Positions 50,446 through 62,100 of a DNA stretch of 64,000 nt are shown here, piece after piece. This DNA is from Bugula neritina (Eukaryota > Animalia > Bryozoa): assembly GCA_964035545.1 (NCBI GenBank), contig OZ037765.1:35488080-35552079 (forward strand). Direction: 5' to 3'. A model generated the notes under the pieces. That model was not told where the DNA came from. It saw nothing but the letters and a program-made list of their open reading frames with translations, and made no database searches. Position 1 is the stretch's first letter. The number at the start of each line of letters is the position of its first letter. Position numbers and translations under genes: made by a program.

Positions 50446-53400
50446 ATGAAGGTCGCAATGATAAACTATCTGTCTGTAAGTCACCAGAGGCATACAGAAC
50501 AAGATGAAAGTCTTTTTAGCACTCAAATAAAACGAAGGCCTTTCCGAGAAACCTTGAATGAAGAGTTGACACATTTAGCCGGCACAGTAGCAGATAATTC
50601 CAAGTCCAACATCTGTACAAGTGATGCTCCTGATCTAGATAACAGAGAACAATTTAATATTCCCACTATAATTGTGGTGGATGATTCTATAGACGAGCAA
50701 GATTTCCCATTACCTATCGTAACTTGCTGTAGCAGCAATAAAATCAATGACTTAGCAGCAGCACAATACGTCAGCAGCATAGAGAGCGCTGACAATCAAT
50801 CGACACAGGATGCGGGTTCAGTCACTGATGGAATGCTTAACAATGAGACCGTCAGTCAGCCTGTAGTCGGTACTGACAGCAGCAGACGTGAACGCCAGCT
50901 AGACTCTCAGCAGAAGACACAGAATCAGAAGACACACAAGCAGAAGACAAGCAAGTTTAGTCAACTCCTCAGACAACACAATGTCTTAGGGTTTGAGGAA
51001 GGAGAAGTTGAATATCATGACAGAAAGTTTGCTGCTGTAAATAAAGTCATGCATTTCCCCCGCCGTTCATATTCACAACCGGATCAGCTCAATTTGATAG
51101 GTGACGAGGAGCAGGGGCTGGTCAACAACTCCGGTCTAGCAAATGGAGCTCTGTGGAGACACTCTCAGTCTCTTGTCACCACCAACGATTTCTCTCCCAC
51201 AGAACATGCAGATCTCCGGCAACAGACATACAATCTGAGAGCAGAGGTTAGTGAGACAAATGGAGATGGTGTGGGGTTTCTGGTCTCTGAAGAAGAGCAC
51301 GACTCCTATGCAAGCAACCTGTGGACAAGGAGACCCACAGAGTTCAAGCTTAGAGACCAGCTCTACTCCTTCTTCCAGGCTTCTGACAATAAACTGGCCA
51401 TGAAGCTGTTTGGTAGCAGGACAGCTTTGCTGAAGGAGAAGAGAAGACAGATGGCTGAAAAGAACTGGATTATACATCCTTGCAGCAACTTCAGGTAAAC
51501 TACCTGTAAAGTAATGTTATGTAATAGTCTTTGAGGCAGCTACTTTTGACATGACAGAGTATTGATTGAGCAGCTAGGTTCTGGTTTATGACAATATGTT
51601 CACAGCTCAGGTTTGTGTAGTGTGTTACCTTTTCTATACTTGGCAGCTCCTAACAGCTTTATAATTAGCAACTATCTATTAGTAACCGGCATTTAGCAAT
51701 TAACAACTAGCAATGAATAAGCAACAAGCAACTATCACCTAGTAACTTCTACTTGTAGGTTGTACTGGGATCTGTTGATGCTGATATTCCTCATTACAAA
51801 TCTCATAGTACTTCCTGTATCCATAGCTTTCTTCTACGAAGACGTCGGAGCTCATTGGATAGTATTCAATATCACATGCGACACAATGTTTATCCTAGAC
51901 ATCTTTATCAACTTCAGAACAGGTTTGTCTCAGAACTACTCTAACTGCTATAACTACTGTGACTACTGTAACTAATGTAACTACTGTAACTAATGTAACT
52001 GCTGTAACTACTGTAACTACTGTAACTAATGTAACTGCTGTAACTACTGTAACTAATGTAACTAATGTAACTAATGTAACTACTGTAACTGCTATAACTA
52101 CTGTAACTACTGTAACTACTGTAACTACTGTAACTACTGTAACTACATGATCTCAAACTGCAACACAACACATATACTAGTCAGCAGTACGACTAGTTGC
52201 TGTTACAGTGTATAGGGTGTGTTGTTACAGTGTATAGGGTGTGTTGTTACAGTGTATATGGTGTGTTGTTATAGTGTATAGAGTGTGTTGTTATAGTGTA
52301 TAGGGTGTGTTGTTACAGTGTATAGGGTGTGCTGTTACAGTGTATAGGGTGTGTTGTTACAGTGTATAGGGTGTGTTGTTACAGTGTATAGGGTGTGTTG
52401 TTACAGTGTATATGGTGTGTTGTTACAGTGTATAGGGTGTGTTGTTACAGTGTATAGGGTGTGTTGTTATAGTGTATAGGGTGTGTTGTTACAGTGTATA
52501 GGGTGTGTTGTTACAGTGTATATGGTGTGTTGTTATAGTGTATAGAGTGTGTTGTTACAGTGTATAGGGTGTGTTGTTACAGTGTATAGGGTGTGTTGTT
52601 ACAGTGTATAGGGTGTATTGTTATAGTGTATAGGGTGTATTGTTATAGTGTATAGAGTGTGTTGCTATAGTGTATAGGGTGTGTTGTTACAGTGTATAGG
52701 GTGTGTTGTTACAGTGTATAGGGTGTGTTGTTACAGTGTATAGGGTGTGTTGTTATAGTGTATAGGGTGTGTTGTTACAGTGTATAGGGTGTGTTGTTAT
52801 AGTGTATAGGGTGTGTTGTTATAGTGTATAGGGTGTGTTGTTATAGTGTATAGGGTGTGTTGTTATAGTGTATAGGGTGTGTTGTTACAGTGTATAGGGT
52901 GTGTTGTTACAGTGTATAGGGTGTGTTGTTACAGTGTATAGGGTATGTTGTTACAGTGTATAGGGTGTGTTGTTATAGTGTATAGGGTGTGTTGTTACAG
53001 TGTATAGGGTGTGTTGTTATAGTGTATAGGGTGTGTTGTTACAGTGTATAGAGTGTGTTGCTATAGTGTATAGGGTGTGTTGTTACAGTGTATAGGGTGT
53101 GTTGTTACAGTGTATAGGGTGTGTTGTTACAGTGTATAGGGTGTGTTGTTACAGTGTATAGGGTGTGTTGTTACAGTGTATAGGGTGTGTTGTTACAGTG
53201 TATAGGGTGTGTTGCTATAGTGTATAGGGTGTATTGTTACAATGTACAGGGTGTGTTGTTACAGTGTATAGGGTGTGTTGTTATAGTGTATATGGTGTGT
53301 TGTTACAGTGTATAGGGTGTGTTGTTACAGTGTATAGGGTGTGTTGCTATAGTGTATAGGGTGTGTTGTTATAGTGTATAGGGTGTGTTGTTACAGTGTA

Positions 53401-56400
53401 TAGGGTGTGTTGTTACAGTGTATAGGGTGTGTTGTTACAGTGTATAGGGTGTATTGTTATAGTGTATAGGGTGTATTGTTATAGTGTATAGAGTGTGTTG
53501 CTATAGTGTATAGGGTGTGTTGTTACAGTGTATAGGGTGTGTTGTTACAGTGTATAGGGTATGTTGCTATAGTGTATAGGGTGTGTTGTTACAGTGTATA
53601 GGGTGTGTTGCAGGTCTAATAGACTCCGAGTCACATGGCACCGTCATCCTAGACCCGAAGACCATTGCCATCAAGTACATCAAGTCATGGTTTGTGGTGG
53701 ACTTTGTCAGCAGTTTGCCTCTAGACTACGTGTTTCTGAGTGTGGAAGGGCAGTCTTATTCAGCCGGGAGGGCGCTGAGGATACTTAGGCTAGCCAAGTT
53801 GCTTCAGCTTCTCAGACTATTGAGAATCTCGCGCCTTGTGAGATACGTAAGGTTGTGGCAAGAGGTGAGTTCATAATACGTTTACTTGTTGACTACATCT
53901 ACTTGTTGAGTACATCTACTTGTTGAGTACGTCTACTTATTGAGTACATCTACTTGTTGAATACGTCTGCTTGTTGAGTAAGTCTATATGTTGAGTACAT
54001 CTACTTGTTGAGTACGTCTACTTGTTGAGTACATCTGCTTGTTGAGTACGTCTACTTGTTGAATACGTCTGCTTGTTGAGTAAGTCTATATGTTGAGTAC
54101 ATCTACTTGTTGAGTACGTCTACTTATTGAATACGTCTGCTTGTTGAGTAAGTCTATATGTTGAGTACATCTACTTGTTGAGTACGTCTACTTATTGAGT
54201 ACATCTGCTTGTTGAGTACGTCTACTTGTTGAGTACGTCTACTTGTTGAGTACATCTACTTGTTGAATACGTCTACGGCACACAGGCTTTGCATATAACT
54301 TAATATTAGTTATCATTTGCAAAACCATATTCATAATAGCAAATTCACTTGTTGATTTCAATTCTAAAACATAGCATAGCATTCCAAAGGTGAGGGGTTG
54401 TAATACATCCACACAGTTGTGTCATCTACTTCAGGATGAGGAGTGAGAAGACACTGACTAGAGGGACAACAATGAGTGGTTATTTAGTGATTACTCTCAG
54501 TCTCTCAGTTGTTTGATAGTGTTTGAAGGCCAATAGATGCGTGGCGCTGTAATGCCGTATATAGGGTCTCTTGGGGACAGAGTCAACAGTGTCCACATGC
54601 TAAATTATAGATTAGAGTTGAGTTACACAAGCTGAGAGTTCAAACTACTGCTCGATGAATACAAGTTTAACAAGTCATTGATTTGTAGATAAAACATTGA
54701 ATGATGAAAGGCTGCGTATAAAATTACATGAATATTGGATTTCATGTTGTCAACCAGATGCATTTTAGCAAACAGATTAAGGAAATCTTGGGACTATATA
54801 TTTGCAGTTCTTCAGTATAGCCAGCATAGTGGTGAAGCTATTCAACTTGATCTGCATAATGGTATTGATGGGTCACTGGAGTGGGTGTATACAGTTCTTT
54901 GTTCCTGTTATACAAGGCCTACCTGAGGACTCATGGATAGTCCTAAGTCAAATACAGGTGAGTCAAATACGATTTGAGTTTGTGCGTCTTGCTAGGGTAA
55001 CGGTGAGTCAAGTACAACTTGAGTACTGCGTCAAGCGCGACTTAAATGCTGTGTATTTTAGGACAAAGACTGGTGGGAACAGTACAGCAGATCTCTGTTT
55101 AAAGCCCTGTCCCACATGCTATGTATCGGGTACGGGAAGTACCCACCCCATAATATGACAGACACGTGGCTAACCATAGCCAGCATGCTGGCCGGAGCTA
55201 CTTGCTATGCTCTCTTCATTGGCCACGCCACCACTCTCATACAGTCCTTTGACACCTCCAGTCGCCAGTTCAGAGATCATGTAAGTTCATCTTGAATAGT
55301 TGACAGACAGTCACTGAGAAAGTTAAACCTCACTCGTACAAACTAGATGTTAAAGTTGGTATGTTGTGTGCAGCTCCAGCAGGTCAATGAGTACATGATC
55401 TACCGTAAGCTGCCAGCAGAGCTGCGCCGCCGTATCACAGATTACTACGAACACAGATTTGGTGGGAAACTGTTTGATGAAGCAGCAATACTGTCAGAAA
55501 TATCCGAGAGCCTGAGAAAGGTGAGGAAAGCTGCCATGTTTATGTCTATGATTAGAGATAGCCCAGGGTTCAATCTAACTAAGTGCTGCTGCTCACTCGC
55601 TGTCTGTTTCAGGATGTAATATCCCACAACTGCAGAGAGCTCATCAAGAACGTGCCTTTCTTTGTCAATGCCGACAGCAGCTTTGTGACTGATGTCATAA
55701 CTAAGTTAGAGTTTGAAATGTACCAACCAGGGGATGTGATCATAAAGGCAGAAACTAAAGGAGACAGAATGTACTTTATTCAAGAAGGTAAGAAATGAAT
55801 CCCATTTAATGCTTAAAAACATATTATAATTCTAGACATCTAACATATCTTCTGGGCGTCTAAAATGTCATCTTCATTATGTTGACAGGTTTAATTGAAA
55901 TTCTGAGTGATGTGGGAAAAATTGTAACAAGACTCAGCGATGGCTCATATTTTGGAGGTAAGAAAGAAACTTTAGCAACATATTTCTGCATACAATATGT
56001 ACTATTATATATACATACAGTATGTACTATTATATATACATACAATATGTACTATTATATATACATACAATATGTACTATTATATATACATACAATATGT
56101 ACTATTATATATACATACAATATGTACTATTATATATACATACAATATGTACTATTATATATACATACAATATGTACTATTATATATACATACAATATGT
56201 ACTATTATATATACATACAATATGTACTATTATATATACATACAATATGTACTATTATATATACATACAATATGTACTATTATATATACATACAATATGT
56301 ACTATTATATATACATACATCATGTACTATTATATATACATACAATATGTACTATTATATATACATACAATATGTACTATTATATATACATACATCATGT

Positions 56401-58293
56401 ACTATTATATATACATACAATATGTACTATTATATATACATACAATATGTACTATTATATATACATACAATATGTACTATTATATATACATACATCATGT
56501 ACTATTATATATACATACAATATGTACTATTATATATACATACAATATGTACTATTATATATACATACATCATGTACTATTATATATACATACAATATGT
56601 ACTATTATATATACATACAATATGTACTATTATATATACATACAATATGTACTATTACATATACAATATGTACTATTATATATACATACAATATGTACTA
56701 TTATATATACATACAATATGTACTATTATATATATTATTATTATATATACACTACATTGTCTGCTATATGTTATATATACACTACATTGTCTGCTATATG
56801 TTATATATATACTACATTGTCTGCTATATATTATATATACACTACATTGTCTGCTATATATTATATATACACTACATTGTCTGCTATATATTATATATAC
56901 ACTACATTGTCTGCTATATATTATATATACACTACATTGTCTGCTATATATTATATATACACTACATTGTCTATATTTAGAGATTTGTCTACTGACCAAG
57001 CAGAACAGAACAGCCACAGTGAAGGCAGCAACATATTGCAACTTGTTTTCCCTTTCTAAGGAAAACTTTGACAGGATCCTGGAGGTCTACCCTCTGATGA
57101 GAAGGACTCTGGAGACCATCGCTGCCAAGAGGCTGCATACTCTGGGGAAAGACCCCAACCTCGTGGCATCACGAGAGAGTCTCCTGGAAGACGTCACCGG
57201 CATACAGAGAGTCTTCCAGGTGACCAACTCAATAGTAAACAGGAATAGCGAGTGTAAACTGATGCGTGAGCTACACACCTTGTCTCTTGTCCTGTGTGTT
57301 CAGATGGTAAACTTACTGTTTTAGACGGTAGAAAAAGATTTATGCTCTGATGCCGACAGTGACATCAGTTCCTCTCCGACACAGTCCCGAGGGTCCAACA
57401 GCCAGTTCCTCACCGTCGTCAAGAGCTTCTTCACCAAAGACTCTGAGGAGTTCTTACAGAGCAACCGGGTGATGAGGTCTGACCTGCCCAGGTGCAGGAG
57501 TGCAGTGAACACGGCAAACGTGGTGCAGAACCTCATTCTGGTACCACAGACTGCGGCGACTCTCGGCAGACGTGTGAAAAGTACAGCAGACGTGCAGAAC
57601 TTCTCTTCAGCTCAATCAGAAATATTTCAGGGGAAGAGTTCTCGGCAGGAAGAGACACAATCCTATTTCGCTCCGGCAGCCAAGAGAAAATGCGTGGCAA
57701 GTGATCAGGAAGTTACCGAAACTGACAGGGAAGGGAAGAGGGAGAAACAGAAGAATAAATCAGCCCTAAGTTTATTCAAGGGCTACAAGACATTGCCGAA
57801 TAGCCCATGTTTAAGTACAGAACATAAGTCTAGGAGAAAGTCATTCAGCCTGCAGCAGAGGTTGAGCAACGCGAGTACATCTGTTGAGAACATGAGACGT
57901 GTCAGTAACTCAGCTCTGACAGCCAGACCACCCGGCATTGTCGTGTCTGACCAGAACGAGAAGCCAGAGTGTAGAACAGAGTCTGATAAACAACTAAATA
58001 GAAATACATTAGAGGAATTCGAGATATCAAAGAGCCCTGCCCAGGCGAACAGATGTGCCGGGAAAGCAGCAGATGACAAATGTGGAGGTATAGCAGATAT
58101 GACAGAAGCAGATGACAGACATGGAGGGGAGGCAGTGGACAAACCTGGCCACTGCACCAAGGTGAGGATTCCTCAGATCTTGATCACGAGTAAACAGGCG
58201 AGCATTGAGTCAGCCGATACTGGCACAGGAGAAGAGGCACAGGAGAAGGCAGAAGATGCTATAAGGTTTACTCTGTTTGACAACAACCAGTAG
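50446..58293 (+). CDS. HCN: Hyperpolarization-activated cyclic nucleotide-gated cation channel (HCN/Ih family), 10 coding exons, ~1143 aa
   Basis: Exons 50446-51494, 51759-51922, 53614-53864, 54808-54957, 55062-55280, 55374-55520, 55613-55787, 55889-55957, 56981-57219, 57325-58293; GT-AG and in frame. Motifs: [54 protein letters not shown]4 [35 protein letters not shown], pore [10 protein letters not shown]-linker [27 protein letters not shown]...RTATVKA. Confidence 0.95.
51943..52146. repeat. 9-bp repeat (taactactg) in HCN intron 2
   Basis: Directly visible. Confidence 0.9.
52200..53613. repeat. 21-bp minisatellite (gtgttgttacagtgtataggg) ending in the HCN exon 3 acceptor
   Basis: About 67 copies; the final unit variant gtgttgcag is the acceptor. 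Confidence 0.95.
53877..54277. repeat. 17-bp minisatellite (tacttgttgagtacatc) in HCN intron 3
   Basis: About 23 copies. Confidence 0.92.
55988..56975. repeat. Two adjacent minisatellites (25 bp tacaatatgtactattatatataca; 30 bp actacattgtctgctatatattatatatac) in HCN intron 8
   Basis: 55988-56730 and 56740-56975. Confidence 0.93.
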
Positions 58294-58948
58294 ACCAGTG
58301 AAACCAATTATTAAACATCTTTTCATACTAATCATTTAGCTCACATTCATCCTAATCTAACGTCATGTATTTAAAACTAGTGCAGTGGTGGCAATATTAT
58401 ATTTGTACATTTCCTTTTACTGTTATGGGTGGGTATGCATAACCTTCAGCTCAACACACAATTCCATATTTAGACAAGATGCCTGGAATCCTGAGGTGTC
58501 AACAGATACATTTCACATCTTTATAGAAAATATATTGTGGAAAAAACATTCAACAGCATTTGCAAACACTTATAACGTATGAAGAAAATATTAACCTGTT
58601 TCAAGTTGAAAAACTGAGCATAGGACTAATAATTTACAAATTTACTGAGCAACCAAAACTACAAGCTGAATAAATATATCTGAAAACTAAACCATTGCCA
58701 TCAGCAAAAAGGTAGCTCCACAAAATATTTACACAGAACATTCAACTTAGAACCCTATAATTTGCGCCTGAGTGATTTGCAAAATAATTATTTTATTATC
58801 CAGCATAAAGGCTTTAGATTTAGAAACTTTTTCACCATTTTGCAACTGATACAATCAGCCAGCAAGTCGTCGGAAGTTGATGAGTCCAGCAGCTGACTAC
58901 TGTGGATGAGTCAAGCAGCTGACTACTGTGGGTGAGTCATGAGGTGTG

Positions 58949-59101
58949 CTATGAGTCAGAGCTGAAGTAAGGAGTTGCCTCACTGTCCAGGATGGTGTGA
59001 CAGATCTGACACACTCTGGCAGGTCTGTGATTTGGTCCTGCTCTGACTAGCTTGTCTGTGCAGCTGTGACAGTGAATCTTCCCACAGTGCATACAGTGAA
59101 A
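58949..59101 (-). CDS. Terminal coding exon of a FYVE-domain gene, probably invertebrate rabaptin-5/RABEP1-like (rest lies to the right of the window)
   Basis: gttatag acceptor then FHCMHCGKIHCHSCTDKLVRAGPNHRPARVCQICHTILDSEATPYFSSDS*; FYVE Cys/His pattern with RVC..C. The GPN.RP.RVC..CHT.L....PYFS tail matches my recollection of invertebrate rabaptin-5. Not in the ORF track. Confidence 0.8.
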   Translation of the reverse strand, partial: FHCMHCGKIHCHSCTDKLVRAGPNHRPARVCQICHTILDSEATPYFSSDS

Positions 59102-59117
59102 CTATAACAGGTACAGC

Positions 59118-62100
59118 AGTGTATTAGTTAGTAGTCAGAGTATACTAGTTAGTAGTCAGAGTATACTAGTTAGTAGTCAGAGTATATTAGTTAGTAATCA
59201 GAGTATACTAGTTAGTAGTCAGAGTGTACTAGTTAGTAGTCAGAGTATACTAGTTAGTAGTCAGAGTATATTAGTTAGTAGTCAGAGTATACTAGTTAGT
59301 AGTCAGAGTATACTAGTTAGTAGTCAGAGTATACTAGTTAGTAGTCAGAGTATACTAGTTAGTAGTCAGAGTGTACTAGTTAGTAGTCAGAGTATACTAG
59401 TTAGTAGTCAGAGTATATTAGTTAGTAGTCAGAGTATATTAGTTAGTAGTCAGAGTATACTAGTTAGTAGTCAGAGTATACTAGTTAGTAGTCAGAGTAT
59501 ACTAGTTAGTAGTCAGAGTATACTAGTTAGTAGTCAGAGTGTACTAGTTAGTAGTCAGAGTATACTAGTTAGTAGTCAGAGTGTATTAGTTAGTAGTCAG
59601 AGTGTATTAGTTAGTAGTCAGAGTGTACTAGTTAGTAGTCAGAGTATACTAGTTAGTAGTCAGAGTATACTAGTTAGTAGTCAGAGTATACTAGTTAGTA
59701 GTCAGAGTATATTAGTTAGTAGTCAGAGTATACTAGTTAGTAGTCAGAGTATATTAGTTAGTAGTCAGAGTATACTAGTTAGTAGTCAGAGTATACTAGT
59801 TAGTAGTCAGAGTATACTAGTTAGTAGTCAGAGTATATTAGTTAGTAGTCAGAGTATACTAGTTAGTAGTCAGAGTATATTAGTTAGTAGTCAGAGTATA
59901 CTAGTTAGTAGTCAGAGTATACTAGTTAGTAGTCAGAGTATACTAGTTAGTAGTCAGAGTATACTAGTTAGTAGTCAGAGTATACTAGTTAGTAGTCAGA
60001 GTATACTAGTTAGTAGTCAGAGTATACTAGTTAGTAGTCAGAGTGTACTAGTTAGTAGTCAGAGTATACTAGTTAGTAGTCAGAGTATATTAGTTAGTAG
60101 TCAGAGTGTACTAGTTAGTAGTCAGAGTATATTAGTTAGTAGTCAGAGTATACTAGTTAGTAGTCAGAGTATACTAGTTAGTAGTCAGAGTGTACTAGTT
60201 AGTAGTCAGAGTATACTAGTTAGTAGTCAGAGTATACTAGTTAGTAGTCAGAGTATACTAGTTAGTAGTCAGAGTATACTAGTTAGTAGTCAGAGTGTAC
60301 TAGTTAGTAGTCAGAGTATATTAGTTAGTAGTCAGAGTATATTAGTTAGTAGTCAGAGTGTATTAGTTAGTAGTCAGAGTATATTAGTTAGTAGTCAGAG
60401 TATACTAGTTAGTAGTCAGAGTATACTAGTTAGTAGTCAGAGTATACTAGTTAGTAGTCAGAGTATACTAGTTAGTAGTCAGAGTGTACTAGTTAGTAGT
60501 CAGAGTATACTAGTTAGTAGTCAGAGTATACTAGTTAGTAGTCAGAGTATATTAGTTAGTAGTCAGAGTATACTAGTTAGTAGTCAGAGTGTACTAGTTA
60601 GTAGTCAGAGTATACTAGTTAGTAGTCAGAGTATACTAGTTAGTAGTCAGAGTATACTAGTTAGTAGTCAGAGTATATTAGTTAGTAGTCAGAGTATACT
60701 AGTTAGTAGTCAGAGTATACTAGTTAGTAGTCAGAGTATATTAGTTAGTAGTCAGAGTATACTAGTTAGTAGTCAGAGTATACTAGTTAGTAGTCAGAGT
60801 GTATTAGTTAGTAGTCAGAGTATACTAGTTAGTAGTCAGAGTATACTAGTTAGTAGTCAGAGTATACTAGTTAGTAGTCAGAGTATACTAGTTAGTAGTC
60901 AGAGTATACTAGTTAGTAGTCAGAGTATACTAGTTAGTAGTCAGAGTATACTAGTTAGTAGTCAGAGTGTACTAGTTAGTAGTCAGAGTATATTAGTTAG
61001 TAGTCAGAGTATATTAGTTAGTAGTCAGAGTGTATTAGTTAGTAGTCAGAGTATATTAGTTAGTAGTCAGAGTATACTAGTTAGTAGTCAGAGTATACTA
61101 GTTAGTAGTCAGAGTATACTAGTTAGTAGTCAGAGTATACTAGTTAGTAGTCAGAGTGTACTAGTTAGTAGTCAGAGTATACTAGTTAGTAGTCAGAGTA
61201 TACTAGTTAGTAGTCAGAGTATATTAGTTAGTAGTCAGAGTATACTAGTTAGTAGTCAGAGTGTACTAGTTAGTAGTCAGAGTATACTAGTTAGTAGTCA
61301 GAGTATACTAGTTAGTAGTCAGAGTATACTAGTTAGTAGTCAGAGTATATTAGTTAGTAGTCAGAGTATACTAGTTAGTAGTCAGAGTATACTAGTTAGT
61401 AGTCAGAGTATATTAGTTAGTAGTCAGAGTATACTAGTTAGTAGTCAGAGTATACTAGTTAGTAGTCAGAGTGTATTAGTTAGTAGTCAGAGTATACTAG
61501 TTAGTAGTCAGAGTATACTAGTTAGTAGTCAGAGTATACTAGTTAGTAGTCAGAGTATACTAGTTAGTAGTCAGAGTGTACTAGTTAGTAGTCAGAGTAT
61601 ACTAGTTAGTAGTCAGAGTATACTAGTTAGTAGTCAGAGTATATTAGTTAGTAGTCAGAGTATACTAGTTAGTAGTCAGAGTGTACTAGTTAGTAGTCAG
61701 AGTATACTAGTTAGTAGTCAGAGTATACTAGTTAGTAGTCAGAGTATACTAGTTAGTAGTCAGAGTATATTAGTTAGTAGTCAGAGTATACTAGTTAGTA
61801 GTCAGAGTGTACTAGTTAGTAGTCAGAGTATACTAGTTAGTAGTCAGAGTATACTAGTTAGTAGTCAGAGTATACTAGTTAGTAGTCAGAGTATACTAGT
61901 TAGTAGTCAGAGTATACTAGTTAGTAGTCAGAGTGTACTAGTTAGTAATCAGAGTATATTAGTTAGTAGTCAGAGTATACTAGTTAGTAGTCAGAGTATA
62001 CTAGTTAGTAGTCAGAGTGTACTAGTTAGTAGTCAGAGTATACTAGTTAGTAGTCAGAGTATATTAGTTAGTAGTCAGAGTATACTAGTTAGTAGTCAGA

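Noticed and set aside
57094-57110. CTGATGAG motif (also minus strand near 20233)
   Set aside because: No stem II, GAAA or stem III follows; the 57094 instance is HCN coding sequence.
57304-57306. 3-nt microexon (cag|ATG|gtaaac)
   Set aside because: The following intron would be only 18 nt; treated as an alternative acceptor instead.
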